The notes under the pieces: generated by a model
Databases searched by the model: none
The model's input: the letters and a program-made list of their open reading frames with translations, nothing else
What the model was told of the DNA's origin: nothing
DNA from: a virus
IMG/VR virus record: IMGVR_UViG_3300045988_131126
DNA length: 64,000 nt
Strand: one strand, 5' to 3'
Made by a program: the position numbers and the translations under genes
Part shown: positions 10,442 to 19,557 of the stretch, one piece after another
Layout: each line of letters starts with the position of its first letter
Position numbering within the stretch: the stretch's first letter is position 1

Positions 10442-11034
10442 CACATACACCTCATATCATGTTCTATATCTAACAACTCTTTTCTAAGCTTACTTAAATT
10501 ATTTCTAATTAATATTAAATAGCATGTATTGCTAGTATTACCCTTGGTTGCATTCCAAGCACATGTAAATTTATCTATCGCATCTATATAATATTTTATA
10601 TGATTTTCCTGAAAACTGATAGATTTATTAAATGTGCACCAATGGTATAATCCATCTACCCCTTTAAATCTAAAAGTATTATGATCTTCTGATATTTTCA
10701 ATAAAGACTTATCAAGTGAAATCCCATTATCTCTCTCCATAAGATAAAAGCCATAGAATTCGTCTTTCGTTTTATTTAAAGTATCATATATGCATTCTTT
10801 TGTTTTGTAATATTTTTCGTTTATCTCTTTACTTTTCTTATATTTTTGAACATATACAATCGGTAATGTTACTAACCACCCTATTTCTACAAGTAATGAA
10901 AATATAGAAAATGCTAAATACACATTATTAGATACACTTCCTCTTTGATACTTACATACTATACAAATTAGATCTCCGAAAAAAGCTACGAACGAACACA
11001 TTAAACCGAAAAATAATATGCCATCTTTATCCAT
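10441..11034 (-). CDS. membrane protein (2 TM plus soluble domain)
   Basis: ATG 11034 (MDKDGILFF...) with SD GAAAGGAAG. The longer track ORF would run through the terminator hairpin. Confidence 0.65.
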   Translation of the reverse strand: MDKDGILFFGLMCSFVAFFGDLICIVCKYQRGSVSNNVYLAFSIFSLLVEIGWLVTLPIVYVQKYKKSKEINEKYYKTKECIYDTLNKTKDEFYGFYLMERDNGISLDKSLLKISEDHNTFRFKGVDGLYHWCTFNKSISFQENHIKYYIDAIDKFTCAWNATKGNTSNTCYLILIRNNLSKLRKELLDIEHDMRCM

Positions 11035-11060
11035 TTTATAATCTTCCTTTCTTGAAAATA

Positions 11061-11092
11061 ATAATCCGGTATGAATTACCATACCGGATTAT
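11061..11092 (-). terminator. rho-independent terminator
   Basis: ATAATCCGGTATG / CATACCGGATTAT stem, then TATTTTC on the minus strand. Confidence 0.65.
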
Positions 11093-11095
11093 ATA

Positions 11096-12058
11096 TTATT
11101 CTTCATCTACGCTTTCAAATTCTTTAATACTATTAAATATTGCTTCGTAGTCTCCCTCAATAATACAAATAGGAGAGTCTTTTACTTTAGCTTTATCAAG
11201 TACACTTTTATATGAAGCTATAAGCGTATCTCTTGTGTATTTAGTGGATCCAAAGTATGTTTCAAATAATGGATTATTACCTTTAGTTCTAGCTTCACAA
11301 ATATACTCTTTAGAAATACATCTATTATTAGATACAAGATTATTGACGTTTTTGTAAGATATTGCAAATGTTTTGTATCTATTTCGAATAACGTTTCTAA
11401 ATATGTAACCTGCATTATCAATATCTTCTAAGCATAATACGGCATCTTGCATTCTTAAATAATCGCCTAATAATAGATGATACATATTATCAGATTCCAT
11501 ACAGATATTTACAAAATTAAGAGCATCTAATACGGATTTCTGATAGTCATCATTTTCTGATATATAAATTAATCTAGGTATAATAATATTATCATTATAT
11601 AAAGATTTTACATTAGTTACATAAGTTCCATTTACAAATTCCGTATTAAAGAAATAATACGGATATTTATTGGCAAACATTTTCGGAGTAATATCTGAAT
11701 GATTTACAATGTTTACTGTATATATATTGCACATTGCTAATCTTTCTTCTGATATCATTTTATGTTTTTCTTTCATAGTTTCTATGATATCATCAGGAAG
11801 ATTATATATTCTTTTCAATACTACAAACTGGTTTGATGGATTGAATTGCACAAAGCAAGAAGAATTCTCGAATGTAATGATTCCCTCTTCTTCATTAAAT
11901 TCATATCTCTTAACTTTATCTACATCTCCACCGCCAATACAAATATATGTATTTAAAATTCTTTCATCTGGGTTTAAAAATTCTGATCCTCCAATTGGGT
12001 CTTCTAAACATAAGTACTGCTTATTTTCGATTGCTTTAATAATATCTTTATTATTCAT
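11096..12058 (-). CDS. hypothetical protein (320 aa)
   Basis: ATGA overlap with the upstream gene. Followed by a terminator. Confidence 0.75.
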   Translation of the reverse strand: MNNKDIIKAIENKQYLCLEDPIGGSEFLNPDERILNTYICIGGGDVDKVKRYEFNEEEGIITFENSSCFVQFNPSNQFVVLKRIYNLPDDIIETMKEKHKMISEERLAMCNIYTVNIVNHSDITPKMFANKYPYYFFNTEFVNGTYVTNVKSLYNDNIIIPRLIYISENDDYQKSVLDALNFVNICMESDNMYHLLLGDYLRMQDAVLCLEDIDNAGYIFRNVIRNRYKTFAISYKNVNNLVSNNRCISKEYICEARTKGNNPLFETYFGSTKYTRDTLIASYKSVLDKAKVKDSPICIIEGDYEAIFNSIKEFESVDEE

Positions 12059-12348
12059 GATTCAACCTCCATTGATGTATATACAACTCTTGGTCCTAAT
12101 GGTATACAGCGTTCATATAATTCTGGTTTATCTATATCAATTCCAAAAGTTTCTCCCCATTTACCAAAATTAGCTCTTGCTTTTATTTTTACATACTTTT
12201 TGGTATACCATTTGATAGCTTCATTTTCATTTAAAAATAATTTTGCTCCCGATATTTCGGTACTGACAGATTCGACCCCTCTCGCATAATATATCGCTCC
12301 ACTATTACCGACATAACCGATAACGTATCTTTTGTCAACTGTACACAT
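12055..12348 (-). CDS. small hypothetical protein, paralog of 12350..12598
   Basis: ATG 12348 preceded by AAAAGGAGGA. C-terminal ARANFGKWGETFGIDIDKPELYE resembles ARSNIYRWKKEFGINVDKPYFIE in the neighbouring gene. Confidence 0.7.
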   Translation of the reverse strand: MCTVDKRYVIGYVGNSGAIYYARGVESVSTEISGAKLFLNENEAIKWYTKKYVKIKARANFGKWGETFGIDIDKPELYERCIPLGPRVVYTSMEVES

Positions 12349-12349
12349 A

Positions 12350-12598
12350 TTAATCCTCCTTTTCAATTTCGATGAAATATGGTTTATCTACATTTATTCC
12401 AAACTCCTTTTTCCATCTATAAATATTAGATCTAGCTTTTAATTCTGGATAGCGCATTGTATAATACTCTGTAGCTTCTCGCATATTCCCGAAACTCATA
12501 GCATGATCAGTAGTTATAGTGCACGGGCTTGAATAATCTCTTGTGGTTAAGTAATTGCTTTTTCCACTAATTTTGTTCTTAAATGCTATTACTATCAT
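12350..12598 (-). CDS. small hypothetical protein, paralog of 12055..12348
   Basis: ATG with SD AAAAAGGAGAA. Shares the C-terminal motif with the neighbouring gene. Confidence 0.7.
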   Translation of the reverse strand: MIVIAFKNKISGKSNYLTTRDYSSPCTITTDHAMSFGNMREATEYYTMRYPELKARSNIYRWKKEFGINVDKPYFIEIEKED

Positions 12599-12644
12599 AA
12601 GTTTTCTCCTTTTTAATTATTTTTTCATAATTATAATATATAAC

Positions 12645-13922
12645 TTATTTAGTTATTCGATCTTTAGAATCCATCAATAATAATTGATTATTGAAATACT
12701 CTAAATCCATGTAAATAGTTATATTTACCTTATTCTCTATAACTGGAGAATTTATTATAATCTTGTATTTTTCCCAATCTATTTTTATATCAGATTCCTT
12801 ATGTACGTTATAAATTTTTATATTTAAAAATATAGAAGGAGATAATCCACTTTCGACATGGTTATGTAATACTTTTAATAGTTTACTTTCTGACAATAAT
12901 TCTTCAAATTCTATTACCTTCTCTTCATCTTTATCGAAGTAATAATCTGTAGTTATATATTGTCTCCAATTATGTTCATCTACATCTGGCGGATCTATAT
13001 TATCAAAGTCAAAACTATATAATCTTAATAAAGAATTTCTTTCTTCGAATTCTTTCTTTAAAGTTTTATTGGTATAATAGTAATAAAATGCTGGTGCCGG
13101 AAAGTGTAATGTACATTGCATTTCTAAATGAAAGTTTTCATTATTCATTCCAACTTGTTCACCATCATCCTTCTCTATATTCTCCAAATTGTATATTCTC
13201 ACGAACGTATCTTTCATTCTAATGAAAAATTCACTATTACCGTTAGCACTCCTAAACTTATAAAGAAATGGTATATGTGAATGAGAATTTAAGTATTTCA
13301 TAAATCCACATATATTTACTATTCTAGGTCTATTATGACAATCATTAACAATTTCGAATCCTGTATCTTTGGCAATATTCAGCATTATTTCGTATGGTAC
13401 ATGAATATCCATATTAATGTATTTACCAGTAGTACATCCAGATCTAAATGCTAATCTCATATACTCTAATAAATCTAATTGTAATGATCTCGTATCTACT
13501 CTTATTTTAAATACAAAATTCATCTCTATCTGTTTCATTCTTATTCCTAAGAATTGATTATTCTCATAATCTTGTAAAAATCCAGTATTGAAAAATTTAG
13601 TTCTTCTTGTAAGAACCTCTCTACCACCTTCAAATAAATCTACATGATCTCTATCATATTCAGTATTTATTGTAGGTTGTATAGCAAGCATAGGTGTTTC
13701 TTTTACTATAGGCATATTCTGATTAAATTCTTTAAAATCATCAAATATATATTTTCCATCTACATATACCGATTTAAAGAATCCTTCTTCAAATTGAGAT
13801 AAAAACCAATATCTCATAAATTCTACAGCTAATCCATAACTATGAGCTATAGAAGGAATAGATATGTTTCTTTTTAAGGCAATATCATTAAAATAAGTAT
13901 TGTCATCTGTTCTTAATATCAT
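12645..13922 (-). CDS. hypothetical protein (425 aa)
   Basis: The track start is TTG. ATG 13922 (MILRTDD...) has SD AAAGGGTGAG. Confidence 0.75.
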   Translation of the reverse strand: MILRTDDNTYFNDIALKRNISIPSIAHSYGLAVEFMRYWFLSQFEEGFFKSVYVDGKYIFDDFKEFNQNMPIVKETPMLAIQPTINTEYDRDHVDLFEGGREVLTRRTKFFNTGFLQDYENNQFLGIRMKQIEMNFVFKIRVDTRSLQLDLLEYMRLAFRSGCTTGKYINMDIHVPYEIMLNIAKDTGFEIVNDCHNRPRIVNICGFMKYLNSHSHIPFLYKFRSANGNSEFFIRMKDTFVRIYNLENIEKDDGEQVGMNNENFHLEMQCTLHFPAPAFYYYYTNKTLKKEFEERNSLLRLYSFDFDNIDPPDVDEHNWRQYITTDYYFDKDEEKVIEFEELLSESKLLKVLHNHVESGLSPSIFLNIKIYNVHKESDIKIDWEKYKIIINSPVIENKVNITIYMDLEYFNNQLLLMDSKDRITK

Positions 13923-13942
13923 AATCTCACCCTTTCTGGTCA

Positions 13943-13953
13943 ATTACATAATT
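13943..13953 (-). promoter_or_regulatory. AATTATGTAAT motif upstream of 12645..13922
   Basis: Lies directly between the terminator at 13973..14002 and SD AAAGGGTGAG. Confidence 0.4.
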
Positions 13954-13972
13954 GTTTCAGAAGGCAAAAAAT

Positions 13973-14002
13973 AAAGGACTAGAGTCATCGCTCTAGTCCT
14001 TT
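13973..14002 (-). terminator. rho-independent terminator
   Basis: AAAGGACTAGAG / CTCTAGTCCTTT stem, then a T6 run on the minus strand. Confidence 0.75.
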
Positions 14003-14007
14003 TATAA

Positions 14008-14631
14008 TTATTTTGATTTGAGTATTGGAGAATCCAAAGGTAATGGTTTCTCTGTTGTAAAATCTGCAGGATAAAATTCTTGAGAAGTAATATATTGATT
14101 ATTCCTTCTATATTCATGTATACTGTATTTTAATTTTCTTCCGCTAATTTTATCATTTTCATTAAATTCTATACGAGTAATTTCCCTATACGTTTCATCT
14201 ATTAATTCAGTATATGGGAAAATTGTATAGTCTCCATCTGTAATATCAGGATCTTCTACCGCCGTGATTATCCAGTTATCAATACAGAATGATAATGCTT
14301 CATATGTAGATAATCCTCCTATTACACAAAATGTAGCTGCAGGATTTCCGATTATAATCTGTTTAATTTGATCAAGATTATAGTATGCTACATTTGGTAC
14401 TATATATGGACAATGTGTTTTATCATTAGTTAATACCAAATGAAATCTATTATCCAATGGAAAATATTCTTCATCAAATGTTTTTCTTCCTATAATCATA
14501 TTTGGATATAATGTAGTAATTGTTTTAAACCTGTGCATATCTGATGGTAAATTATACATAAGCTTACCATCTTTAGACATTTCGCCATTTGGTCCGATAC
14601 ATACTAATGCTATTACTGTCGCTCTTTCCAT
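14008..14631 (-). CDS. folA: dihydrofolate reductase with about 45 aa C-terminal extension
   Basis: LPSDMHRFKTIT...MIIGRKTFDE and VIGGLSTYE match the DHFR motifs (LPxDxxxFK, MGRKT(W/F)ES, VIGGxxxY). Confidence 0.8.
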   Translation of the reverse strand: MERATVIALVCIGPNGEMSKDGKLMYNLPSDMHRFKTITTLYPNMIIGRKTFDEEYFPLDNRFHLVLTNDKTHCPYIVPNVAYYNLDQIKQIIIGNPAATFCVIGGLSTYEALSFCIDNWIITAVEDPDITDGDYTIFPYTELIDETYREITRIEFNENDKISGRKLKYSIHEYRRNNQYITSQEFYPADFTTEKPLPLDSPILKSK

Positions 14632-14646
14632 AATTAATTTCTCCTT

Positions 14647-15387
14647 TTATTCTATATTATCTATGTCAAAAACTACTGTCGAATTTTTATATTTTTCTGG
14701 ATAATGAAGATAGCTCTTAGTATTCAGATAATTTATGCATTTATCTTTGTCTTCGGTTAAAAACCTATATACTCTAGAAAATACAATTAGATCTGGATCT
14801 GGTTGAGAGTTTGGAGTAGGGATTGCACCAAAAAACATTAGCTGATTAATTAATGTGTCGTTGTATGTAGTTGTGAGTAATTTTAATATATTAGTTGTAA
14901 AATCAGCGTAATAATCGTAGAAATCAAATCTTCTATCATCTGTCAGTACAGTATCATATGTTAATTTTCTGAGCATCATATCAGGTCTAGGAGTATAAAT
15001 ATTATTAATATTTGAAAAAGAAGATATATTAAGATATAATAATTCTCCTCTTCTTGTCTCAAATTCGAAAATTAAACTTTTATACATCTCTGGAACCCAA
15101 CGTATTCGATCTAATTGTTCTGTTTTTGGTGAGCTTAAGTAATAATCAAAATCATAGCGTCTGCGAACTTCGTCTAAATCAAAATAGTTCACACATTGTA
15201 TATATAATTCGAAAAGTTTATTTATATTTTCGAATTTAATAGCATTTAACGGGTTATTTGTTAAAACCGGAATAGGCTTACCATTTATCAATATTGTCTC
15301 ATTGCCAAAATATACAGGAAATACATCTGTATTGTCTTTATTTGCTTTTCCTTCAAAATACATTACATATTCTTTTTTATCGCTCAT
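14647..15387 (-). CDS. hypothetical protein (246 aa)
   Basis: ATG with SD AAAGGAGAA. Confidence 0.75.
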   Translation of the reverse strand: MSDKKEYVMYFEGKANKDNTDVFPVYFGNETILINGKPIPVLTNNPLNAIKFENINKLFELYIQCVNYFDLDEVRRRYDFDYYLSSPKTEQLDRIRWVPEMYKSLIFEFETRRGELLYLNISSFSNINNIYTPRPDMMLRKLTYDTVLTDDRRFDFYDYYADFTTNILKLLTTTYNDTLINQLMFFGAIPTPNSQPDPDLIVFSRVYRFLTEDKDKCINYLNTKSYLHYPEKYKNSTVVFDIDNIE

Positions 15388-15411
15388 ATTTATTTTCTCC
15401 TTTATAAAAGA

Positions 15412-15441
15412 AGAGTCTATAGATATATAACTATAGACTCT
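15412..15441 (-). terminator. hairpin terminator after the beta-prime N-fragment gene
   Basis: AGAGTCTATAG / CTATAGACTCT stem, then TCTTTTAT. Confidence 0.6.
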
Positions 15442-15447
15442 AAATTA

Positions 15448-16992
15448 TTAGTTACTTTTACTCATTTTCTGTAACTGCACTAATTCATCTGCAGTATATA
15501 ATTTTCTTCCTAACGATACAAATGTATTAGTATTAATTATGACATCTCGCTGATGATTCAACCTATTATCAAACGATCCATCATTCCTACTAATATACAT
15601 ACTCTTCGCAGGATTAAATACTCTATTTGCTGCACGATAAAATTCATCATTTATAATATACCAAATATTCAATGTATCACCGTCAAAGTCAGCACCCAAT
15701 GATACAAGGACACCGAGAGGTAATTCCATAGTATAGGAATATGTTATACCTACACAATACATCTGTAATATAGATCCATAGTTAATGGTTGGGTTTCTAT
15801 TAATAATAATAGGAATACCTTTCCCGCTCTTATGTTTCTTGATCATACTTTCAATGATTCTTACGATTAATGGATCTGTATTTATCTTTGCTGCATACCA
15901 TCTATTGTATGCATCCTGAGAAGATAAATTATATGATTTCTTAAGAATATTGATAATGGAAGCATGTAATAATTCCACTAAAGAATTATAGCTAAGTAAT
16001 ACTTGATCGTTTCTTAATTTCGGATTAGATACAATTACACATCTACCTGTAAAGTTATATCTACCAGCAAATAAAGATCTAATTGTACCTTTCTTACCTT
16101 CACAAATTGTAACGATATTATCATATAATTTCATGAATTCTACTTGAATATCGTATAATAATTGTGCTGTAGGTTTAATCTTCTTATTAGAATTAAACTT
16201 AGATTTGGCAAAGTTTAATTCAGATACTAACTTATTAATCTTAGTATAAATAGCATTAGATTCTTCAAAATAGAATGATTCTTTATCTTCATTGAATGGT
16301 CTAAGCATTGTACTGAATACAGGAATAGATTGAGTAAATACTTTATCTCTATTCTCCATAATATTCTTATAATACTCGATTTTATTTGGAAATTTTGCTT
16401 TATAATAATCCATAATCTCATCAAACCTATTATGGAATTCTACCATACCAATTCCATAGAATGGTTGATCTTCGTTCTCGATTATATGGATATGTCCATC
16501 TTCATCAATCTGAGCATCATATTTGATAATACTATCTAATTCTGTTTTACCTATTAAGAATTCAATAGATTTAAATAGATTACAATGTATAACAAAAAAA
16601 TCGTCAGATTGGATTACTATCCAACCTGTGTATCTGGGATTTGTTTCTACATTCTCTACTTTCTGTCCGCAGAATTTACATTTTAATCCAAGATTAATCT
16701 TGGATCTTGTCATTCCACATTTACATCTAAATGTATTCTGGAATTGATCTTGATCAGAAAGATTGTTTCCATATTTAGATGAAAATATAGAATGATCATC
16801 TTTAAGATCTTTTTTGATTCCATTTGTGGGAGATACAATAAATCCGTTACCAGATCTAATGTCTTGCACTCTCTCTTCGTCGAAATTGATTCTTTCCAAT
16901 TCCGTTGTGAATATCCAGTCTGGATTATGCGGATATGAATAAGTAAAATCCAATCCAACCCTTCCATCTGGAAGTTTCTTTAGACATTTCAT
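15448..16992 (-). CDS. phage multisubunit RNA polymerase, beta-prime N-terminal fragment (zinc ribbon to catalytic DFDGD)
   Basis: CKCG...CKFCG zinc motif, NRNPT, and GADFDGDTLNIW, which corresponds to the NADFDGD Mg-binding loop. Has its own SD AAAGGAG. Confidence 0.85.
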   Translation of the reverse strand: MKCLKKLPDGRVGLDFTYSYPHNPDWIFTTELERINFDEERVQDIRSGNGFIVSPTNGIKKDLKDDHSIFSSKYGNNLSDQDQFQNTFRCKCGMTRSKINLGLKCKFCGQKVENVETNPRYTGWIVIQSDDFFVIHCNLFKSIEFLIGKTELDSIIKYDAQIDEDGHIHIIENEDQPFYGIGMVEFHNRFDEIMDYYKAKFPNKIEYYKNIMENRDKVFTQSIPVFSTMLRPFNEDKESFYFEESNAIYTKINKLVSELNFAKSKFNSNKKIKPTAQLLYDIQVEFMKLYDNIVTICEGKKGTIRSLFAGRYNFTGRCVIVSNPKLRNDQVLLSYNSLVELLHASIINILKKSYNLSSQDAYNRWYAAKINTDPLIVRIIESMIKKHKSGKGIPIIINRNPTINYGSILQMYCVGITYSYTMELPLGVLVSLGADFDGDTLNIWYIINDEFYRAANRVFNPAKSMYISRNDGSFDNRLNHQRDVIINTNTFVSLGRKLYTADELVQLQKMSKSN

Positions 16993-17065
16993 AATTATCT
17001 AACTCCTTTCTGTATAACGCTATAATAATATATCGTTATTTAAGTGTTTCAGATATAGTAAAAAT

Positions 17066-17092
17066 GGACATATAGGATACCCCTATATGTCC
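17066..17092 (-). terminator. hairpin terminator between the HNH-like gene and the beta-prime N-fragment gene
   Basis: GGACATATAGG / CCTATATGTCC stem, then ATTTTTAC on the minus strand. Confidence 0.65.
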
Positions 17093-17102
17093 GCATATTG
17101 CT

Positions 17103-17693
17103 CTAATGCATGTCTACATTATTTTTCTCTTTCCATACTTCAGCTCTTAATTTATTTACTATTTTCATTATATATCTTTCTTTAAAGAATCTTTTATTTA
17201 TTTCTTTAATATATCCAGATTCTTTTAATAAATAAATAATCTGAGTATTGGAAATATAATGTTTAATACAATATCTTATATACTTTTCTAAAGCATCTTG
17301 TTTAGCATTTCTAAAAGTAAGTAAAGCGTTAGTTTCATCAGAGTTAGCCCACATTAAATTTTCTGGTCTGAAATTGCTGTAATCTCTATCCTTGATATAT
17401 ACTTGATTTCTCTCAAAAAACTTATCTGATCCATTTCTAGGAATATATGTAGTAGCAACTAATCTTGAAATCTTATATTCTTTTTCTATCGCGTATTTAT
17501 CGTAATATACAATACCATCTATCATATTATATTTACAAACTTTTAGTTTTACGACTTTACCTTTATCAGAGTTGTACGATTTTAAAGGAGTATTACTTCC
17601 TTTCATATATACAACCCCATTAACCGTTATAGAATATGATTCAGCCAACGTATATTTGTCTGAATCTAAAACTAAAGGCATTTTTTGCATCAT
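17103..17693 (-). CDS. HNH_3/NUMOD-like homing-endonuclease-like protein, apparently lacking the first catalytic His
   Basis: ISRLVATTYIPRN...VYIKDRDYSNFRPENLMWAN aligns by eye to (VH)RLVAxxF...VxHxDGxxxNNxxxNLEW. The position of the first His is Ile. SD GGGAGGA lies inside the upstream gene's end. Confidence 0.5.
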   Translation of the reverse strand: MMQKMPLVLDSDKYTLAESYSITVNGVVYMKGSNTPLKSYNSDKGKVVKLKVCKYNMIDGIVYYDKYAIEKEYKISRLVATTYIPRNGSDKFFERNQVYIKDRDYSNFRPENLMWANSDETNALLTFRNAKQDALEKYIRYCIKHYISNTQIIYLLKESGYIKEINKRFFKERYIMKIVNKLRAEVWKEKNNVDMH

Positions 17694-17695
17694 AA

Positions 17696-18940
17696 TTATT
17701 TATCCTCCCATTCTCCGAATACTGTATCAAGTGGTATTTCAGTTAACTGCTCTGTGGAATCGTGGAAAGACTTCATTGATATATTTTTCAAAGTAGAAGG
17801 AATTTTAGATTCTGTTATACCAGCATTCTTTATACCTATTCTGTATAACATATTACCTGCACACTTATTACATATACCTGTCTTAGATTCACACATAGAA
17901 GCAAATCTGAACTTGACAACTTTATTTAAATAGTTATCTACATTTTCAGATGTCAATTCTACAAGCTTGCCTTTATCGACTATATAAGAATACATCCAAA
18001 ATGATACATTCTTTTTGGTTAAATGAACTTCTACTGTATCTTTTGTATGACAATCTGATCCAGGAGCATCTAACGTGACATGCTGTAGTGTATATACAAA
18101 TAACTTTTCCCAATAACCACCATCGGCAGTTTTTCTTGCTCGTTTAAATGGACCAGCAGCTAATGAGTTAGCTATCAATGAATATTCATCTGCTTTGATT
18201 CCGTCTATATAGTTGGATGTAGCAAATTTGTATTTCTGTTTAGCATAAGGATCAGGATCTTTAATAACTCCTTTTACAACGAATATATTCTTAAAGTTAT
18301 TACCTACAGATCCTCTAGCACCAGAATTATATACATCCATAGACGGATCGTCTCCCATATAATCTAATGCATACTGTAATAATTCCTTCTCGACTTTATT
18401 ACCTACAACTTCATCCCCTCTGTCTAATGCTTCTTTATTTTTTGCTAAAAGTTCTTCTTTCTTTTTCTTAATAGCATCACTACAAGTAAGCATTTTATCA
18501 GTATAATTAGGAGCAAGTATAGTTACATAAGGCATTATCTTTTGTGTCTTATTTAAATAATGCTTTAAATAATCAAGCTGTATTTTATCTTCCAATAAAG
18601 CATAAGATAATTTCTTATTAATATCTCCAAATAAATCATCATCTACAGACTTATTTATATAATGAAATAAATCGAATAATTCATTTTCAAAAAAGAATTT
18701 ATTATATATAAATAAACCTACTGTAGTAGTAAATGAATTTTTGTTTTTCTTTTGCGGATTTGGACCGTAAGAATTTGCAGGAATAGTGACTATATCATAC
18801 GGATTATATTTTCTTTTTCCATCAAATTCTCCAAAAGTCTCCATTATAAAAGATAGAGTTATATCTTCTTCTTTTAAATCAACCAGGGCTTTTATTTCAT
18901 CTGGATTAGTGATCATTTTTGATTTACGTTTACTAGCCAT
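17696..18940 (-). CDS. phage multisubunit RNA polymerase, beta-prime middle fragment (region F bridge helix to first half of trigger loop)
   Basis: NSGARGS; EYSLIANSLAAGPFKRARKTADGGYWEKL resembles the bridge helix ([22 protein letters not shown]); CNKCAG and MKSFHDS resemble MRTFHTGG. Confidence 0.8.
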   Translation of the reverse strand: MASKRKSKMITNPDEIKALVDLKEEDITLSFIMETFGEFDGKRKYNPYDIVTIPANSYGPNPQKKNKNSFTTTVGLFIYNKFFFENELFDLFHYINKSVDDDLFGDINKKLSYALLEDKIQLDYLKHYLNKTQKIMPYVTILAPNYTDKMLTCSDAIKKKKEELLAKNKEALDRGDEVVGNKVEKELLQYALDYMGDDPSMDVYNSGARGSVGNNFKNIFVVKGVIKDPDPYAKQKYKFATSNYIDGIKADEYSLIANSLAAGPFKRARKTADGGYWEKLFVYTLQHVTLDAPGSDCHTKDTVEVHLTKKNVSFWMYSYIVDKGKLVELTSENVDNYLNKVVKFRFASMCESKTGICNKCAGNMLYRIGIKNAGITESKIPSTLKNISMKSFHDSTEQLTEIPLDTVFGEWEDK

Positions 18941-19077
18941 ATAATTATTTCCTTTCTTATAATACTAGTCTTAGATTACAGTATTGTTGAACTTAGGAAG
19001 AATTATAGAAAAAATAAAAAATAAATTAATCAGGCTTAGCCTGGACCCCTAGCTAATGCTAGAGGTCTTGGTTCTTC

Positions 19078-19419
19078 TTACTTACGAATTTTATTCATAA
19101 GCTTGAAGAACAATTTTTGGCCTGCCAGTGCTCCTCCGATGGAGCATGTATAAGTTCCTATAACACACATAAGAGTCTTGAAATTTTCATTGCAAGACTC
19201 TCTTCTTTTCTTTCTCTGATCTTTAGCTACGAGTTTATTGGTAAACTCATTCGCGAGATCAATCATGTCTTCACGAGTAAATGTTTCCTCGCGGAGAACA
19301 TTGTCGTAACCGTCACTGACTGTTATAGTGACAGAATTATCACTATTGTTTTTGTATGTATTCTTTCTAGTTACGACTTTTGCTCTTGCGTTTTTAAGTT
19401 CTGCGTTATTGTTCATCAT
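19078..19419 (-). CDS. hypothetical protein with C-terminal TM anchor (113 aa)
   Basis: ATG with SD AGAAAGAGG. Hydrophobic C-terminus LMCVIGTYTCSIGGALAG. Confidence 0.65.
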   Translation of the reverse strand: MMNNNAELKNARAKVVTRKNTYKNNSDNSVTITVSDGYDNVLREETFTREDMIDLANEFTNKLVAKDQRKKRRESCNENFKTLMCVIGTYTCSIGGALAGQKLFFKLMNKIRK

Positions 19420-19519
19420 AAGTTACCTCTTTCTACCTAGTTGATGAGACTAGGATTTATTAGATTATTATTGTTTATCACTATAATATTATATAATCAA
19501 AAAATAAAGATATTACAAA

Positions 19520-19551
19520 TACCCCATAGTGTAATATTACACTATGGGGTA
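19520..19551 (-). terminator. hairpin terminator
   Basis: Perfect 32-nt palindrome TACCCCATAGTGTAAT/ATTACACTATGGGGTA. Confidence 0.65.
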
Positions 19552-19557
19552 TATATT

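Noticed and set aside
16993-17695. Group I/II intron or intein carrying the HNH-like ORF inside beta-prime.
   Set aside because: Both beta-prime fragments have their own SD, start and stop. The HNH-like ORF is free-standing and translationally coupled. No intein Cys/Ser...HN blocks are seen, and the fragment order is not colinear, so splicing could not restore a normal beta-prime.
18941-19557. tRNA or other structured RNA genes in the larger intergenic gaps (18941..19077, 19420..19557, 34000..34168, 43977..44150, 46747..47242).
   Set aside because: By eye there is no cloverleaf-compatible sequence and no GTTCRA T-loop. The hairpins are explained as terminators or leader structures. A tRNAscan/Infernal run would be needed to exclude small RNAs.
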